64,000 bases of DNA from Nitrospirota bacterium (GTDB taxonomy: Bacteria; Nitrospirota; UBA9217): contig CAVVUN010000003.1 of the NCBI GenBank assembly GCA_963751455.1, positions 96,001 to 160,000 of the forward strand, in the 5' to 3' direction. Position 1 is the first letter of the stretch; every line of letters starts with the position of its first letter. The translations under genes and the position numbers were made by a program. Shown one piece after another: positions 31,216 to 41,710 of this stretch. The notes below the pieces were generated by a model that was not told where the DNA came from, did no database searches, and was given only the letters and a program-made list of their open reading frames with translations.

Positions 31216-34200
31216 ATGAAGAACCTGCGTGACGTTATCCTGCCGGTCGTCGACGAGATCCGGGCAGGCAAGAATACAGTTGCCGTGAGTGAACTATGGG
31301 GGGCCTCAAAGGCCCTTTTTTTATTCGGTCTGAGGCAGGCGACAGCCCGTCCCGTCATAGTAGTTACCCCTTCCGAAGATGCAGCCGAAACGCTCGCCGC
31401 GGACCTGAGATTCTTCTCACGAATCATGCATGACGAGGCCGGGGAGCTCAAGCCGGAGATAGCTGTTTTCCCGGCCTGGGGCTTGCTCCCGTTCGAAGCC
31501 GATTCACCCGACAGCCGCACAGTCGGCACGCGCATGCGCTTTCTGTATAATCTCATCTCGGGTCTTCCGGGCATCTTTCTCGTGCCGGTGGTATGCCTGA
31601 TGCAGAAGCTTCCGCCCTGGGACCTGTTTGCCGACTCGGTAAAAACAATTACGATGGCAACCCAAATGGAGCCTGATCATCTTTTCGGCGCGCTCGTATC
31701 GACCGGGTACGAATCAGCCTCCCTGGTCACGCGCGTCGGTGAATGCAGCAGACGGGGAGGCATCATCGACTTCTTCTCTCCCTTCCAGGAAAATCCCGTC
31801 CGGATCGAATTCATGGGCGACACTATCGAATCGATGCGTGAATTCGACCCAGAAACCCAGCGCTCGGTCCGCGAGATTGCACAGTCGGTTTTGCTGCCGG
31901 TGCGGGAGCTTATTATCAACGACAAGGCTATAGAGACCTTCGAACATCGATTCGGCATCCCCTCGGATGAACGCGGTTTACCTCAGGACACAGACGGGGC
32001 CGCTCGTTCTCATAGCGCCGAAGCTCGCAGTGACAGCAGGAAACTGCTTGAGCATATTAAGCACGGAGTCCTTCCCCCGGGCGCTGATTTTCTTGCGCCG
32101 TTTTTTTATTCCATGGAAGGCCTGTTCCGGTATTTGCCGGATACCGCCCTCTTTTCGCTCATCGAACCGGACGACATCGAGCGGGAAGTCGCAGCATTCG
32201 CGGAAAAAATAGAGCTCGGAAGACAGGAGGAGATCAACGAGGGGCGACTGCTGCCCGAGACCACGGAGTTCTACCTCGGCATAGAACAGTTAGCGTCGGA
32301 AATCGGCCGTTTTTCTACGATTACTATAGGCCTGCTCGGGACCGCTTCGGATCACCGGATGGATACAAAATCTGCAAGCTGGCTCGGTGTCCGGCTTACC
32401 AGACCCGTTGATCCGCGGTCTGATGAGAAGTACGGGCAGCCGGCCGAAGGCACCATGGCCGGGCTGATTGAAAAACTGAAACGGCTGAGGGACTTTTCCC
32501 GAGTGGTAATCGTTTGCGGGACGGAGGAATCCGCTTCACGGCTGAAGAAATTGCTCCTCGAATACGGCATGGGATCTGCGCTCGTGACCGTATTTACGGA
32601 CGGGCAGGCAGGGCCCTCGCCTGTTACGCTGATGATCGGCCGGATGTCCGAAGGTTTTTCCTGGCAGGATCTCGGCGCGGCATTTATAACAGAAGAAGAA
32701 ATTTTCGGCAGAAAGGTGCATGCGCCCAGAAGCGCCGCACTACGGTCAAAGGTCACGCCCTTTCTTTCTACCTTCAAGGAGCTTAAACCCGGTGACTTCG
32801 TCGTGCATACCGATTACGGGGTCGGTGAATACCAGGGGCTGACGCACATAGGCGTGGATGGTTTCGAGACGGATTTTCTTACGCTTCGCTTCGAACCTGA
32901 CGTAAAACTTCATGTCCCGCTGTACAGCCTTGATAAAGTGCAGAAGTACATCGGGACCGAGGGTTCGACGCCGAAACTCGACAGGCTCGGTGCGCCGGCC
33001 TGGGCAAGGACCAAAGAGAAGGTCAAGAAAGACATCCTTGCGATTGCTCAAGAACTTGTCGCGATCTATGCGGCACGCGAAGCCATGCAGCGGCCATCCT
33101 TCACGCCGCCGGATAACCTGTTCCGCGAGTTCGAGGCCTCCTTTCCGTTCGAGGAAACGGACGATCAGCAGAAGGCCATCGAAGATGTGCTCGCCGACAT
33201 GCGGCGGCCTCGGCCCATGGACCGGCTGATCTGCGGCGACGTCGGTTACGGCAAGACAGAGGTCGCGCTCCGCGGTGCCTTCAAAGCGGTCGAAGACGGG
33301 CTGCAGGCGGCGGTGCTGGTGCCGACAACCCTTCTTGCGGACCAACACTACCGTACGTTTAAAGAACGGCTTGCTTCCTTCTCGATCCGGGTCGATATGC
33401 TTTCCCGGTTCAGGACCAGGGCGGAGCAGCAGGAGACGCTGAAGGGTATCAAGAGCGGGGTCGTGGACGTCGTGATCGGCACCCACCGCCTGCTCCAGCG
33501 GGATATTGCCTTCAAGAACCTGGGCCTTCTGGTGGTGGATGAGGAGCACAAATTCGGCGTTAAACACAAGGAAAGAATCAAGGAGTTCAAGAAGCTTGTG
33601 GACGTCCTCACACTCACGGCCACGCCCATTCCCCGCACGCTCCACATGTCGCTCTCGGGGATCCGCGATCTGTCGATAATCCAGACTCCGCCGCTCGACC
33701 GACAGGCAATCCAGGTAGTGCTTGCCCGGTTCGGCAAGAGGGTGATCCGCGAGGCGATCATTCGGGAGCTGGAGCGCGGCGGCCAGATTTTCTTCGTGCA
33801 TAACCGGGTCCAGGGAATCGAACGCATAGCGGAGTTCATCCGGAACCTGGTCCCCGAGGCCACCGTCGGAATCGCCCACGGGCAGCTCGGCGAGAACGAG
33901 ATCGAGTCCGTGATGACCGAATTCATCAATGGAAAGCTGAAGGTCCTCGTAACCACGACGATCATCGAGTCCGGCATCGACATACCGAATGCGAATACGA
34001 TCATTATCAACCGGGCGGACCGCTTCGGCCTGGCAGACCTGTATCAGATCAAGGGCAGGGTCGGGAGAAGCAGGGATAAAGCGTATGCGTACCTGCTTGC
34101 GCCCGCCGAAGAGACGCTTTCTGAAGTAGCACGCAAGCGGCTGCGCGCCATCCAGGAGCTGTCCGAGCTCGGCGCAGGCTTCCGTATCGCGGCGCAGGAC

Positions 34201-34770
34201 CTCGAAACGAGGGGCGCAGGAAACCTGCTGGGAAAACAGCAGTCGGGCCACATAGCCGCTGTCGGCATAGATCTCTATACGCAGATGATGGAAGAGGCGA
34301 TGGTCGAGCTGCGCGGTGAAGAGCTGCCGCGTCAGGCGGACACCATCATCAATCTTCCGGCCTCGGCGTTTATTCCCGGTGATTATATCAGCGACCCCAG
34401 TCTCCGCTTAGCGGCTTATAAGGAGATTTCAAGCGCGGCCGATGAACTGCAGCTTCGGGACATCGCTGATGAGCTTCGCGACCGCTACGGAATTCTGCCG
34501 GAGCCCGCAGCCAATCTGCTCGATATCATGAGTGTCAAACTTATTGCGCGCAAGGCAATGGTCGGCCGGATTGACGGTTCCGCGAAGGTCGTTAACATCA
34601 CGTTTGCCGAAGACGCCCGTATTTCTCCTGACCGCGTGCTGCTCGTGCTCAAGAAGAGCAAGGGTACGATCAAGCTTGTTTCCGAATATACGCTTCAAAT
34701 GTCGCTCCCCGATAACTGGCTTGAAACAGTCTCCAGAGCGGTTAAAAAGTGCTTGCAGGAACTCGTTTAG
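31216..34770 (+). CDS. mfd: Transcription-repair coupling factor
   Basis: RGGIIDFF; GDFVVH..GVG.Y; GDVGYGKTEVA; DEEH; TATPIPRTL; QIKGRVGRS; TRCF C-terminus; start MKNLRD chosen. Confidence 0.97.
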   Translation: MKNLRDVILPVVDEIRAGKNTVAVSELWGASKALFLFGLRQATARPVIVVTPSEDAAETLAADLRFFSRIMHDEAGELKPEIAVFPAWGLLPFEADSPDSRTVGTRMRFLYNLISGLPGIFLVPVVCLMQKLPPWDLFADSVKTITMATQMEPDHLFGALVSTGYESASLVTRVGECSRRGGIIDFFSPFQENPVRIEFMGDTIESMREFDPETQRSVREIAQSVLLPVRELIINDKAIETFEHRFGIPSDERGLPQDTDGAARSHSAEARSDSRKLLEHIKHGVLPPGADFLAPFFYSMEGLFRYLPDTALFSLIEPDDIEREVAAFAEKIELGRQEEINEGRLLPETTEFYLGIEQLASEIGRFSTITIGLLGTASDHRMDTKSASWLGVRLTRPVDPRSDEKYGQPAEGTMAGLIEKLKRLRDFSRVVIVCGTEESASRLKKLLLEYGMGSALVTVFTDGQAGPSPVTLMIGRMSEGFSWQDLGAAFITEEEIFGRKVHAPRSAALRSKVTPFLSTFKELKPGDFVVHTDYGVGEYQGLTHIGVDGFETDFLTLRFEPDVKLHVPLYSLDKVQKYIGTEGSTPKLDRLGAPAWARTKEKVKKDILAIAQELVAIYAAREAMQRPSFTPPDNLFREFEASFPFEETDDQQKAIEDVLADMRRPRPMDRLICGDVGYGKTEVALRGAFKAVEDGLQAAVLVPTTLLADQHYRTFKERLASFSIRVDMLSRFRTRAEQQETLKGIKSGVVDVVIGTHRLLQRDIAFKNLGLLVVDEEHKFGVKHKERIKEFKKLVDVLTLTATPIPRTLHMSLSGIRDLSIIQTPPLDRQAIQVVLARFGKRVIREAIIRELERGGQIFFVHNRVQGIERIAEFIRNLVPEATVGIAHGQLGENEIESVMTEFINGKLKVLVTTTIIESGIDIPNANTIIINRADRFGLADLYQIKGRVGRSRDKAYAYLLAPAEETLSEVARKRLRAIQELSELGAGFRIAAQDLETRGAGNLLGKQQSGHIAAVGIDLYTQMMEEAMVELRGEELPRQADTIINLPASAFIPGDYISDPSLRLAAYKEISSAADELQLRDIADELRDRYGILPEPAANLLDIMSVKLIARKAMVGRIDGSAKVVNITFAEDARISPDRVLLVLKKSKGTIKLVSEYTLQMSLPDNWLETVSRAVKKCLQELV

Positions 34771-34840
34771 TATGTTATAAAAAGCGAATCTTTTTAAACA
34801 CCCGAATCTCGATTTAAATCCTTTTCCGGAGGAAGCTATC

Positions 34841-35533
34841 ATGAATATTCTGAAATTGACTGCCGTAATCGTGATTGCGCTTTCGATAGCGCTTTCCGGG
34901 TGCGGAAAAAGCAAGGACGGCGCGGTTCTGGCACGGGTGAACCGTTCCACAATAACTGCGGCTGATTTTAAACGCCAGCTTGAGGACCTTCAGCCCCAGA
35001 TGCAGCAGGCAGTAGCGAGCGACCCCAAGGCCCGAAAGGAATTTCTCGACGATCTTATCGGCATCGAGGTGGTGCTTCAGGAGGCCCGGCGGCAGGGGCT
35101 CGACAAGGACGCTGAATTCAAAAAACGGCAGGAGATGCTGAAAAAAGAGTTGGAGCGGCGGATACAGGATGACGCAAAAAATGAACTTTTCAACAACCTC
35201 CTCAAAAAAGAACTGGCTGAGAAGCTCAAGACGGTCCCTGAACCGACGGACAAGGAGCTTCGGGACTATTATGCCAAAAACCAGGACAAGATGTACCGCC
35301 CGGACGGCCGAAAACTGAGCTTTAAGGAAGTTGAACCGCAGCTCAAGAGAAGAATACTGGCTGAAAAACAGCGCGACCTCTATCTTGACTACGCCAAAGG
35401 GCTAAAAGCGAAAGCGAAGATAACTGTCGACGAAAAAGCGCTCGATGCCGCCGCCGCTTCCATAGGGCAGCCCGCGGCGCCGGGAGCACCTGAGCCGCAA
35501 ACGCCGCCGGCAGGAGCCGGGAAGACAAAATAA
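34841..35533 (+). CDS. SurA N-terminal/PrsA-like lipoprotein chaperone (no obvious PPIase core)
   Basis: LSGC lipobox; VLARVN..IT; EARRQGLDKD; LSFKEVEPQLK. Confidence 0.75.
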   Translation: MNILKLTAVIVIALSIALSGCGKSKDGAVLARVNRSTITAADFKRQLEDLQPQMQQAVASDPKARKEFLDDLIGIEVVLQEARRQGLDKDAEFKKRQEMLKKELERRIQDDAKNELFNNLLKKELAEKLKTVPEPTDKELRDYYAKNQDKMYRPDGRKLSFKEVEPQLKRRILAEKQRDLYLDYAKGLKAKAKITVDEKALDAAAASIGQPAAPGAPEPQTPPAGAGKTK

Positions 35534-35621
35534 CACCGCAGCTGTCCAACCCGGGGCAGAAAAGCGGAGTGTATAAGCAGCAAAGTGCCGCTATGACGGA
35601 ACAACCGGAAGGGCTTCTCCG

Positions 35622-36587
35622 ATGAACATATCCAGAATTGCAAAATTCGCAGCTCCAGCATTGTTGCTGGGGCTCGTATTTTTTTCATGCCAAAAAAAGG
35701 AAGAACCGCAGGTCAAAGAACCCGCAGTCCAGGTCTCGGCGGACGTCAGGGTCGTCGCAACCGTCAACGGAGATCCGATCACACTCGCCGATTTCCAGGA
35801 ACGCTTTGCGAGGGCCGGGTTCAAACCGGAGCCCGAAGCCGAGCTGGAGGTAAAAGAGGAGTTTCTGAACCGGCTGATCGAGCGCAAAATGATGCTCAGC
35901 GAGGCGCAGCGGAAACGGATTAAGATCGGCCTTCCCGAGATCACCAAGCGTATCCAGACGCTTCGGACCGAAAACGGAGTTGATGTAAAGGAAACTCTTG
36001 CGGGTATGGGTGTTGATTTTGAGAAGTGGAAAGCTGATGTCTGGGAAGACCTGATGATCGAGCGGCTGCTGAACCGCGAGGTCCATAAGCAAGTCTCCAT
36101 ATCGCCCTCCGAAGTGCGGCGCTATTACCAGGCAAACCCGCAGGAATTTGAAAAACCGGACCAGGTCCGTGTACGCCAGATCGTGGTAGCGTCCGAGGCC
36201 GAGGCGAAGAAGCTGCTGGAAAGGCCGCACTTAAAATCCGACTTCGCAGCAGTAGCGCGAATGCAGTCTACAGCGCCCGAGGCCGACAAGGGCGGCGACC
36301 TCGGCTATTTCGGCATGGGTGACATGCCTGCCGAATTCAACGTGGTTTTCGGACTGCCGAAAGGCGGCATCAGTGGGGTAATCAAGAGCCCCTACGGCTA
36401 TCATATATTCAAGGTTGAAGACCAGCGGAAAGCCGGCAGGATCAGCCTGGACGAAGCGACTGCCCAGATAGCCGAAAAGCTGCGGCAGGGAAAAGAAGAC
36501 AACCGCTACAAGGCGTGGCTTCGGGACCTTCGCTCCCGCACTAAATTCGAGGTCAATTACCAGGTGCTGCGGCCGCAGGCGCCTTAA
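35622..36587 (+). CDS. PpiC-type peptidyl-prolyl isomerase lipoprotein
   Basis: FFSC lipobox; VRVRQIVV; GGDLGYF; IKSPYGYHIFKV. Confidence 0.9.
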   Translation: MNISRIAKFAAPALLLGLVFFSCQKKEEPQVKEPAVQVSADVRVVATVNGDPITLADFQERFARAGFKPEPEAELEVKEEFLNRLIERKMMLSEAQRKRIKIGLPEITKRIQTLRTENGVDVKETLAGMGVDFEKWKADVWEDLMIERLLNREVHKQVSISPSEVRRYYQANPQEFEKPDQVRVRQIVVASEAEAKKLLERPHLKSDFAAVARMQSTAPEADKGGDLGYFGMGDMPAEFNVVFGLPKGGISGVIKSPYGYHIFKVEDQRKAGRISLDEATAQIAEKLRQGKEDNRYKAWLRDLRSRTKFEVNYQVLRPQAP

Positions 36588-37692
36588 CGGGTAAGTGAGA
36601 GCTATCCGTGGTCATCGCGTTGCGCCGCTCTGCTTCCCGAGAAACCGTTTCTCCCGGGACAAGCACGCCCCGGTCGCCGGTTCTTTCCAATCTGGTATTG
36701 AACCGAGCGGAAGCGGTGTTGATGCTGTCGATCACGTCTCCGGCCGCCTTTCCCGTAAGCATTTTGGGCTGATACTTGACCCGGTAGTTGTTCACATCAA
36801 GGGGGACCGCCTCTATTTTGGAAAGAGTGTTGCCCCTGTATGTGAGCAGGAGTATCATGCTGATGTTGGTCCGGTTGCTTTCGGAGCCGAATACGAAATT
36901 GCCCAGGCTGTACGCAATCATGCGGCCCTTGTACAGCTCGATTTCCTGAAGGACGTGCGGATGGTGCCCAAGCACCAGGTCCGCTCCCCAGTCGACGGCC
37001 TGCCTGCCGAGTTCGATCTGGTAATCCTTGGCAGCGGTCATCAGTTCCGCCCCCCAGTGGAAAGAAACAACAACCAGGTCGGCCTGCGGCCGGACCTTTT
37101 CAATGTCTGCCTGAATGAAATCTGAGTATCCGGGCGCTGTTCCCGGACGCCCGGGAGAGGCGAAAAACTCAAGCGGAAATGTAAGGGAATAGGAGAGAAA
37201 AGCGATTCTTTTCCCTTTGACCGCGGCCACAGCCGGAGCACGGGCATCAGCAAGGTCCAGCCCGGCGCCCGTAAAGAGGATCCCGTTCTCTTGCAGCCGC
37301 TCAAGCGTGTCGGCAAGCGCAAGCGGGCCGAAATCCATGGAGTGATTGTTCGCAAGCGATACAACTCGGATACCCGCGCTCTTCAGGGCACGGGCCGCAA
37401 TAGGACCCGCACGCAGCGTAAATTTCTTGTTTTCGACGGGAACCCCGCGCGTGGAGATGGGAGACTCAAGATTGCCGATTACAATGTCTGCCTGGCGGAG
37501 CGCTGATCGGACGTCGCGGAACGGATAATCCGGACCGTATTTTTTTAAAAAAGGCTCGGTTCTTCCGCCGAACATCAAATCGCCGACAGCGGCAATGGTA
37601 ATTTCATCCGTGTGGAGTTCGGCTGCAGCCGCGTGCTGCAGCCACCCGGACAGGAAAAAAAACAGCACGTATGCGCTCATCAATGCTTTCAT
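36553..37692 (-). CDS. CapA-family metallophosphatase-like protein
   Basis: AVGDLM; GNLE; SLANNHSMDFG; SFHWGAE; GHHPHVLQ; YSLGNF. Confidence 0.92.
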   Translation of the reverse strand: MKALMSAYVLFFFLSGWLQHAAAAELHTDEITIAAVGDLMFGGRTEPFLKKYGPDYPFRDVRSALRQADIVIGNLESPISTRGVPVENKKFTLRAGPIAARALKSAGIRVVSLANNHSMDFGPLALADTLERLQENGILFTGAGLDLADARAPAVAAVKGKRIAFLSYSLTFPLEFFASPGRPGTAPGYSDFIQADIEKVRPQADLVVVSFHWGAELMTAAKDYQIELGRQAVDWGADLVLGHHPHVLQEIELYKGRMIAYSLGNFVFGSESNRTNISMILLLTYRGNTLSKIEAVPLDVNNYRVKYQPKMLTGKAAGDVIDSINTASARFNTRLERTGDRGVLVPGETVSREAERRNAMTTDSSHLPVKAPAAAAPGN

Positions 37693-37777
37693 AGGAATGC
37701 ACGAAATAATATGCAACTTCCGATCAAAAGGCAACAGAAAAAAGCGTGTGGTAATATCGAAATAGAGGAGTAGCACT

Positions 37778-38719
37778 ATGAAGAGTCAATTTACGAGGAT
37801 AATCATGGCCTGTTTTGCGCTGCTTTTGGCGTACGGCGTTCGCGGGGCCGAAGCCAGCCCCGTAGTCATTGACCGGGTAGTTGCGGTCGTGAACAACGAC
37901 GTCATCACGTTGAGTGACCTGCAGCGCGAGGCGGCAGTAAAAAAGGTTGATATGAAACGGGACGAACGCCTGCTTCTCGAAGATATGATCGACCGCAGGC
38001 TCCAGATGGCCGAGGCAAAGCGGGGCGGCATGGATGTATCGGACAAGGAGTTGAACGACGCTGTCGCCGATATCATGAAAAGAAACTCTATGGATTCGCG
38101 CCGGTTCGAGGCTGCGCTGGCCGGCGAAGGGCTGACTCTGGGACAGTATAAAGACGAGCTCAGGGAGCAGATGACGCTCTCGCGTATGTTCAACAAATAC
38201 GTCCGTTCCGGGGTGGCCGTTCAAGACGATGAGGTCCGTTCCTATTATGAAAAAAACATGAAGAGCTATGTCCTCCCCGAGGAAATACGCGTACGGCAGA
38301 TATATTTCCGCCTGCCGGAAAAGGCGACTGCGTCGCAGACGGCCGTGGTCAAAGAGAAGGCAGAGGCTGCGCTGGCCCGGATCCGGAAAGGCGAGGACTT
38401 TATCAAGCTGGTTAAAGAACTTTCGGAAAGCGAAAACGCAGCGCTTGGAGGCGACCTGGGCTTCTTGCAGCGCGGCCAGGCCATCCCCGAGATCGAGGAA
38501 GCTGCGAAGACATTGAATCCGGGCGAAGTGGCCGGACCGCTCCTGTTGGCCGGCGGATATAATATCATACGGCTCGAAGAGATTCGCAAGCCTGTCAAGC
38601 CGTTCGAAAGCGTTAAGGACGAGATAACCAAAATGCTGTACGAGCAGAAGGTTGAGAATGCGTACCGGACCTGGCTCCAGGCACTTCGAAGCGACTCCCA
38701 CATCGAAAACCGGTTATAA
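37778..38719 (+). CDS. surA: SurA-like periplasmic chaperone/PPIase
   Basis: IDRVVAVVNNDVITLSDL; parvulin domain with GGDLGF. Confidence 0.8.
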   Translation: MKSQFTRIIMACFALLLAYGVRGAEASPVVIDRVVAVVNNDVITLSDLQREAAVKKVDMKRDERLLLEDMIDRRLQMAEAKRGGMDVSDKELNDAVADIMKRNSMDSRRFEAALAGEGLTLGQYKDELREQMTLSRMFNKYVRSGVAVQDDEVRSYYEKNMKSYVLPEEIRVRQIYFRLPEKATASQTAVVKEKAEAALARIRKGEDFIKLVKELSESENAALGGDLGFLQRGQAIPEIEEAAKTLNPGEVAGPLLLAGGYNIIRLEEIRKPVKPFESVKDEITKMLYEQKVENAYRTWLQALRSDSHIENRL

Positions 38720-38852
38720 TTTGGACCAAGGGAACCGCGTTCCCGTCAGAAAGATACGCCGACATGGTCGGCTCGCTCCAAGATCCCGCACCCGGATCTC
38801 CACTTCCCCTCTTCCCTCCGCTCCTTGATCATGGTAATATAACTGTTTCGCC

Positions 38853-41597
38853 ATGAAAGAAGCTCTTGTTATAGAGGGGGCGCGTCAGAATAATCTCAAG
38901 AACATTACGCTCGCGATTCCCCATGACGCGATTACTGTTATAACCGGCCTCTCCGGCTCCGGAAAGTCCTCCCTCGCATTCGACACCATTTTTGCGGAAG
39001 GCCAGTGGCGCTATATCGAGTCCCTTTCGGCCTATGCCCGCCTGTTCATAGAAAAAATAGACCGCCCCTCAGTCGACGCCATGCGCAACGTCCGGCCCGC
39101 GATTGCGCTTGAGCAAAGAAACCCTGTCAAGACGTCGCGCTCGACAGTCGGCACCATGACCGAGATATACGATTATGTGAGGCTGCTGTTTGCAAAAATC
39201 GGAAAACTGATCTGCCCGAGCTGCGGCAATGAAATCGTGCGGTACGATGCGTCCCTGGTGACCAAAGATATTCTGCGGAAGCATGACGGCAAACGAATTC
39301 ATGTTCTGTTCCCGGTTCCGGTGGCACCGGGAGGAACTCAAACCGTCCTGCATGACCTGCTCGTACGGGGATTTCTCCGGGTCAAGATCGGCGAAGAGCT
39401 CGTCGAGTCCGGGCAGCTCCCAAAGACGATCGGCTCAACAACCGAAGTACTGGTGCTGCTGGATCGTCTTGTAGTTCGAGAACAAGACCGGAGCCGCCTC
39501 GCCGAATCGCTCGAGACCGCGTTTCACGAAGGCGGCGAAGCAGTCGTGGAGCTGCTTGACGGGCAGGCGCTCAGATACAGCAGGTCTTTACGGTGCGGTC
39601 GATGCGAAATCAGCTTCGAGCCGCCCCAACCGCTCCTCTTTTCCTTCAACAATCCCGTCGGCGCCTGCAGGCAATGCAATGGTTTCGGAAATATCCTGTC
39701 GTATGATGAAGACCTGATCGTTCCGGATAAATCGCTGAGCCTCGAACGAGGTGCGATAGCTCCCTGGACAAAGCCTTCGCATCGTCGCTGGATGCGCCGG
39801 ATGCTGACAGGGATAAAGGCGGCCGGCATCAACGTCAAGCTGCCCTATGAGGAATTGACCAAACAGGAGAAGGGCCTCCTTTTCAGCGGAAATGACGATT
39901 TTTACGGCATTAATAGCTTCTTTGAGGAGCTCGAAAAAAAACGATACAAGCTTCACGTCCGCGTCTTTCTGAGCCGTTATCGAAGGGCTTCTCTGTGTCC
40001 GGCGTGCAGCGGCGCCCGCCTGCGGCCCGAAGCCCTGATGTACAGGATCGGCGGGCTGCCCATAGATGCGGTGACGCGCATGCCGATAGAGCAGCTGGCG
40101 CGCTGGTTCGATGATCTTTGGCTTACGGAATTTGAACGAAGCACAGCCGAAGAGATCCTTCGCCAGATCAATGCAAAACTCGCCTTCTTTGTCCGCGTAG
40201 GCCTCGGCTATTTGACTCTCGACCGCCAGACAAGGACACTGTCCGGCGGCGAGGCGCAGCGCGTGAACCTCTCGAACCAGCTCGCTTCAAAGCTCACGGG
40301 CACTCTCTACGTCCTGGACGAACCGAGCATCGGGCTTCATGCGCGGGATACCGGAATACTTGCCGCGATCATACGGGAGCTGTCCGACGGCGGCAACACA
40401 GTCATCATGGTCGAACACGACCGGACGCTTATCGAGTCGGCCGACAACGCGGTCGAGCTGGGACCGGGGGCCGGCGAACGGGGCGGCCGGGTCATGTACA
40501 GCGGGTCGAAAGCCGGGTTCCTGAAAAGCGGCACGCTCACGGCCCGCTACCTGACCGGGCAGGAAACTATCCCTGTCCCGGCAATTCGCCGAAAACAGGA
40601 GCGCAGGTTCATCGAAATACGCGGCGCGCGCGAACATAATTTGAAAGATATCGATCTCCGTATACCGCTCCGCGCATTCACGTGTCTAAGCGGCGTTTCC
40701 GGTTCCGGCAAATCGACTCTTATCGGAAATACGCTGTACCGGGCGCTGAAGCAGAGGTTTCATGAAGGACAGGAGAGGCCAGGTCTTTTTCGGGAGCTTA
40801 CGGGGGCCGACCAGCTCAAAGGCGTAAAGCTCATCGACCAGGAACCGATTGGAAAGAGTCCCCGATCTAACCCCGTGACGTACATAAAGGCCTTCGATGC
40901 CATCCGAAAAATTTTTGCGGGTCTTGGCGACTCGAAAAAGGCCGGTTTTACCGCCAGCGACTTCTCGTTCAACCTGGAGGGCGGCCGGTGCGAGGCCTGC
41001 CAGGGAAGCGGTTATCAAAAGATCGAGATGTATTTTTTTGAAGACCTCCTCATCACGTGCGATCACTGCCGGGGGAAGCGCTATAAGTCTTCGGTCCTTC
41101 GCGCCCGCTACCAGGGTCGGAGCATCGCGGACGTCCTGGAGATGACCGTGGCTGAGGCGATCAACTTTTTTTGCGACTTTCCGCGCTTGACCGGAAAATT
41201 GAAGTCGCTTGCAGAGGTCGGCCTGGGATATCTTCGGCTCGGCCAGCCGGCAACCACGTTCTCAGGCGGCGAAAGCCAGCGGATAAAGATAGCGCACGAG
41301 CTCGGCAACTGGCATATGCGGGACGTGCTCTATATACTTGATGAGCCGACAACAGGGCTTCACTTTGAAGACGTTCGCAGGCTTCTGGAAGTTCTGAACG
41401 CACTGGTGAATGCGGGAAATACGGTAGTGGTTGTCGAGCATAACCTGGACGTCATAAAGAGTGCCGACTGGGTTATCGACCTGGGGCCCGACGGCGGAGC
41501 TGAAGGCGGATATATCGTGGCAGAAGGCACGCCCGAGGATGTGGCCGAAGTTGATGACTCGTATACCGGGCAGTATTTGCGTGAGTATCTTAAGTGA
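38853..41597 (+). CDS. uvrA: Excinuclease ABC subunit A (possibly a second UvrA paralog)
   Basis: GARQNNLKN; GLSGSGKSS; Zn fingers; LSGGEAQR; second ABC domain with GVSGSGKS and FSGGESQR. Confidence 0.93.
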   Translation: MKEALVIEGARQNNLKNITLAIPHDAITVITGLSGSGKSSLAFDTIFAEGQWRYIESLSAYARLFIEKIDRPSVDAMRNVRPAIALEQRNPVKTSRSTVGTMTEIYDYVRLLFAKIGKLICPSCGNEIVRYDASLVTKDILRKHDGKRIHVLFPVPVAPGGTQTVLHDLLVRGFLRVKIGEELVESGQLPKTIGSTTEVLVLLDRLVVREQDRSRLAESLETAFHEGGEAVVELLDGQALRYSRSLRCGRCEISFEPPQPLLFSFNNPVGACRQCNGFGNILSYDEDLIVPDKSLSLERGAIAPWTKPSHRRWMRRMLTGIKAAGINVKLPYEELTKQEKGLLFSGNDDFYGINSFFEELEKKRYKLHVRVFLSRYRRASLCPACSGARLRPEALMYRIGGLPIDAVTRMPIEQLARWFDDLWLTEFERSTAEEILRQINAKLAFFVRVGLGYLTLDRQTRTLSGGEAQRVNLSNQLASKLTGTLYVLDEPSIGLHARDTGILAAIIRELSDGGNTVIMVEHDRTLIESADNAVELGPGAGERGGRVMYSGSKAGFLKSGTLTARYLTGQETIPVPAIRRKQERRFIEIRGAREHNLKDIDLRIPLRAFTCLSGVSGSGKSTLIGNTLYRALKQRFHEGQERPGLFRELTGADQLKGVKLIDQEPIGKSPRSNPVTYIKAFDAIRKIFAGLGDSKKAGFTASDFSFNLEGGRCEACQGSGYQKIEMYFFEDLLITCDHCRGKRYKSSVLRARYQGRSIADVLEMTVAEAINFFCDFPRLTGKLKSLAEVGLGYLRLGQPATTFSGGESQRIKIAHELGNWHMRDVLYILDEPTTGLHFEDVRRLLEVLNALVNAGNTVVVVEHNLDVIKSADWVIDLGPDGGAEGGYIVAEGTPEDVAEVDDSYTGQYLREYLK

Positions 41598-41601
41598 CAA
41601 T

Positions 41602-41690
41602 GTGGTTTATTTGGTTAATCTTGTTCTTCCGGTTTATCCGGTTTAAACCAAACAAACTAAACAAACCAAATGAACCACCAACAAAACGAG
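41602..41690. repeat. Palindromic 9-bp-period repeat element, second copy
   Basis: gtggtttatttggttaatcttgttcttccggtttatccggttt followed by aaaccaaacaaactaaacaaaccaaatgaacc. Confidence 0.65.
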
Positions 41691-41710
41691 ATCTGTGATA
41701 CACTCGCCCT

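Noticed and set aside
32746-34251. Long antisense ORFs (for example 501 aa opposite mfd, 454 aa opposite an MCP, 420 aa opposite cheA, 286 aa opposite the HTH-peptidase)
   Set aside because: Shadow frames of well-supported genes in GC-rich DNA, with no motifs.
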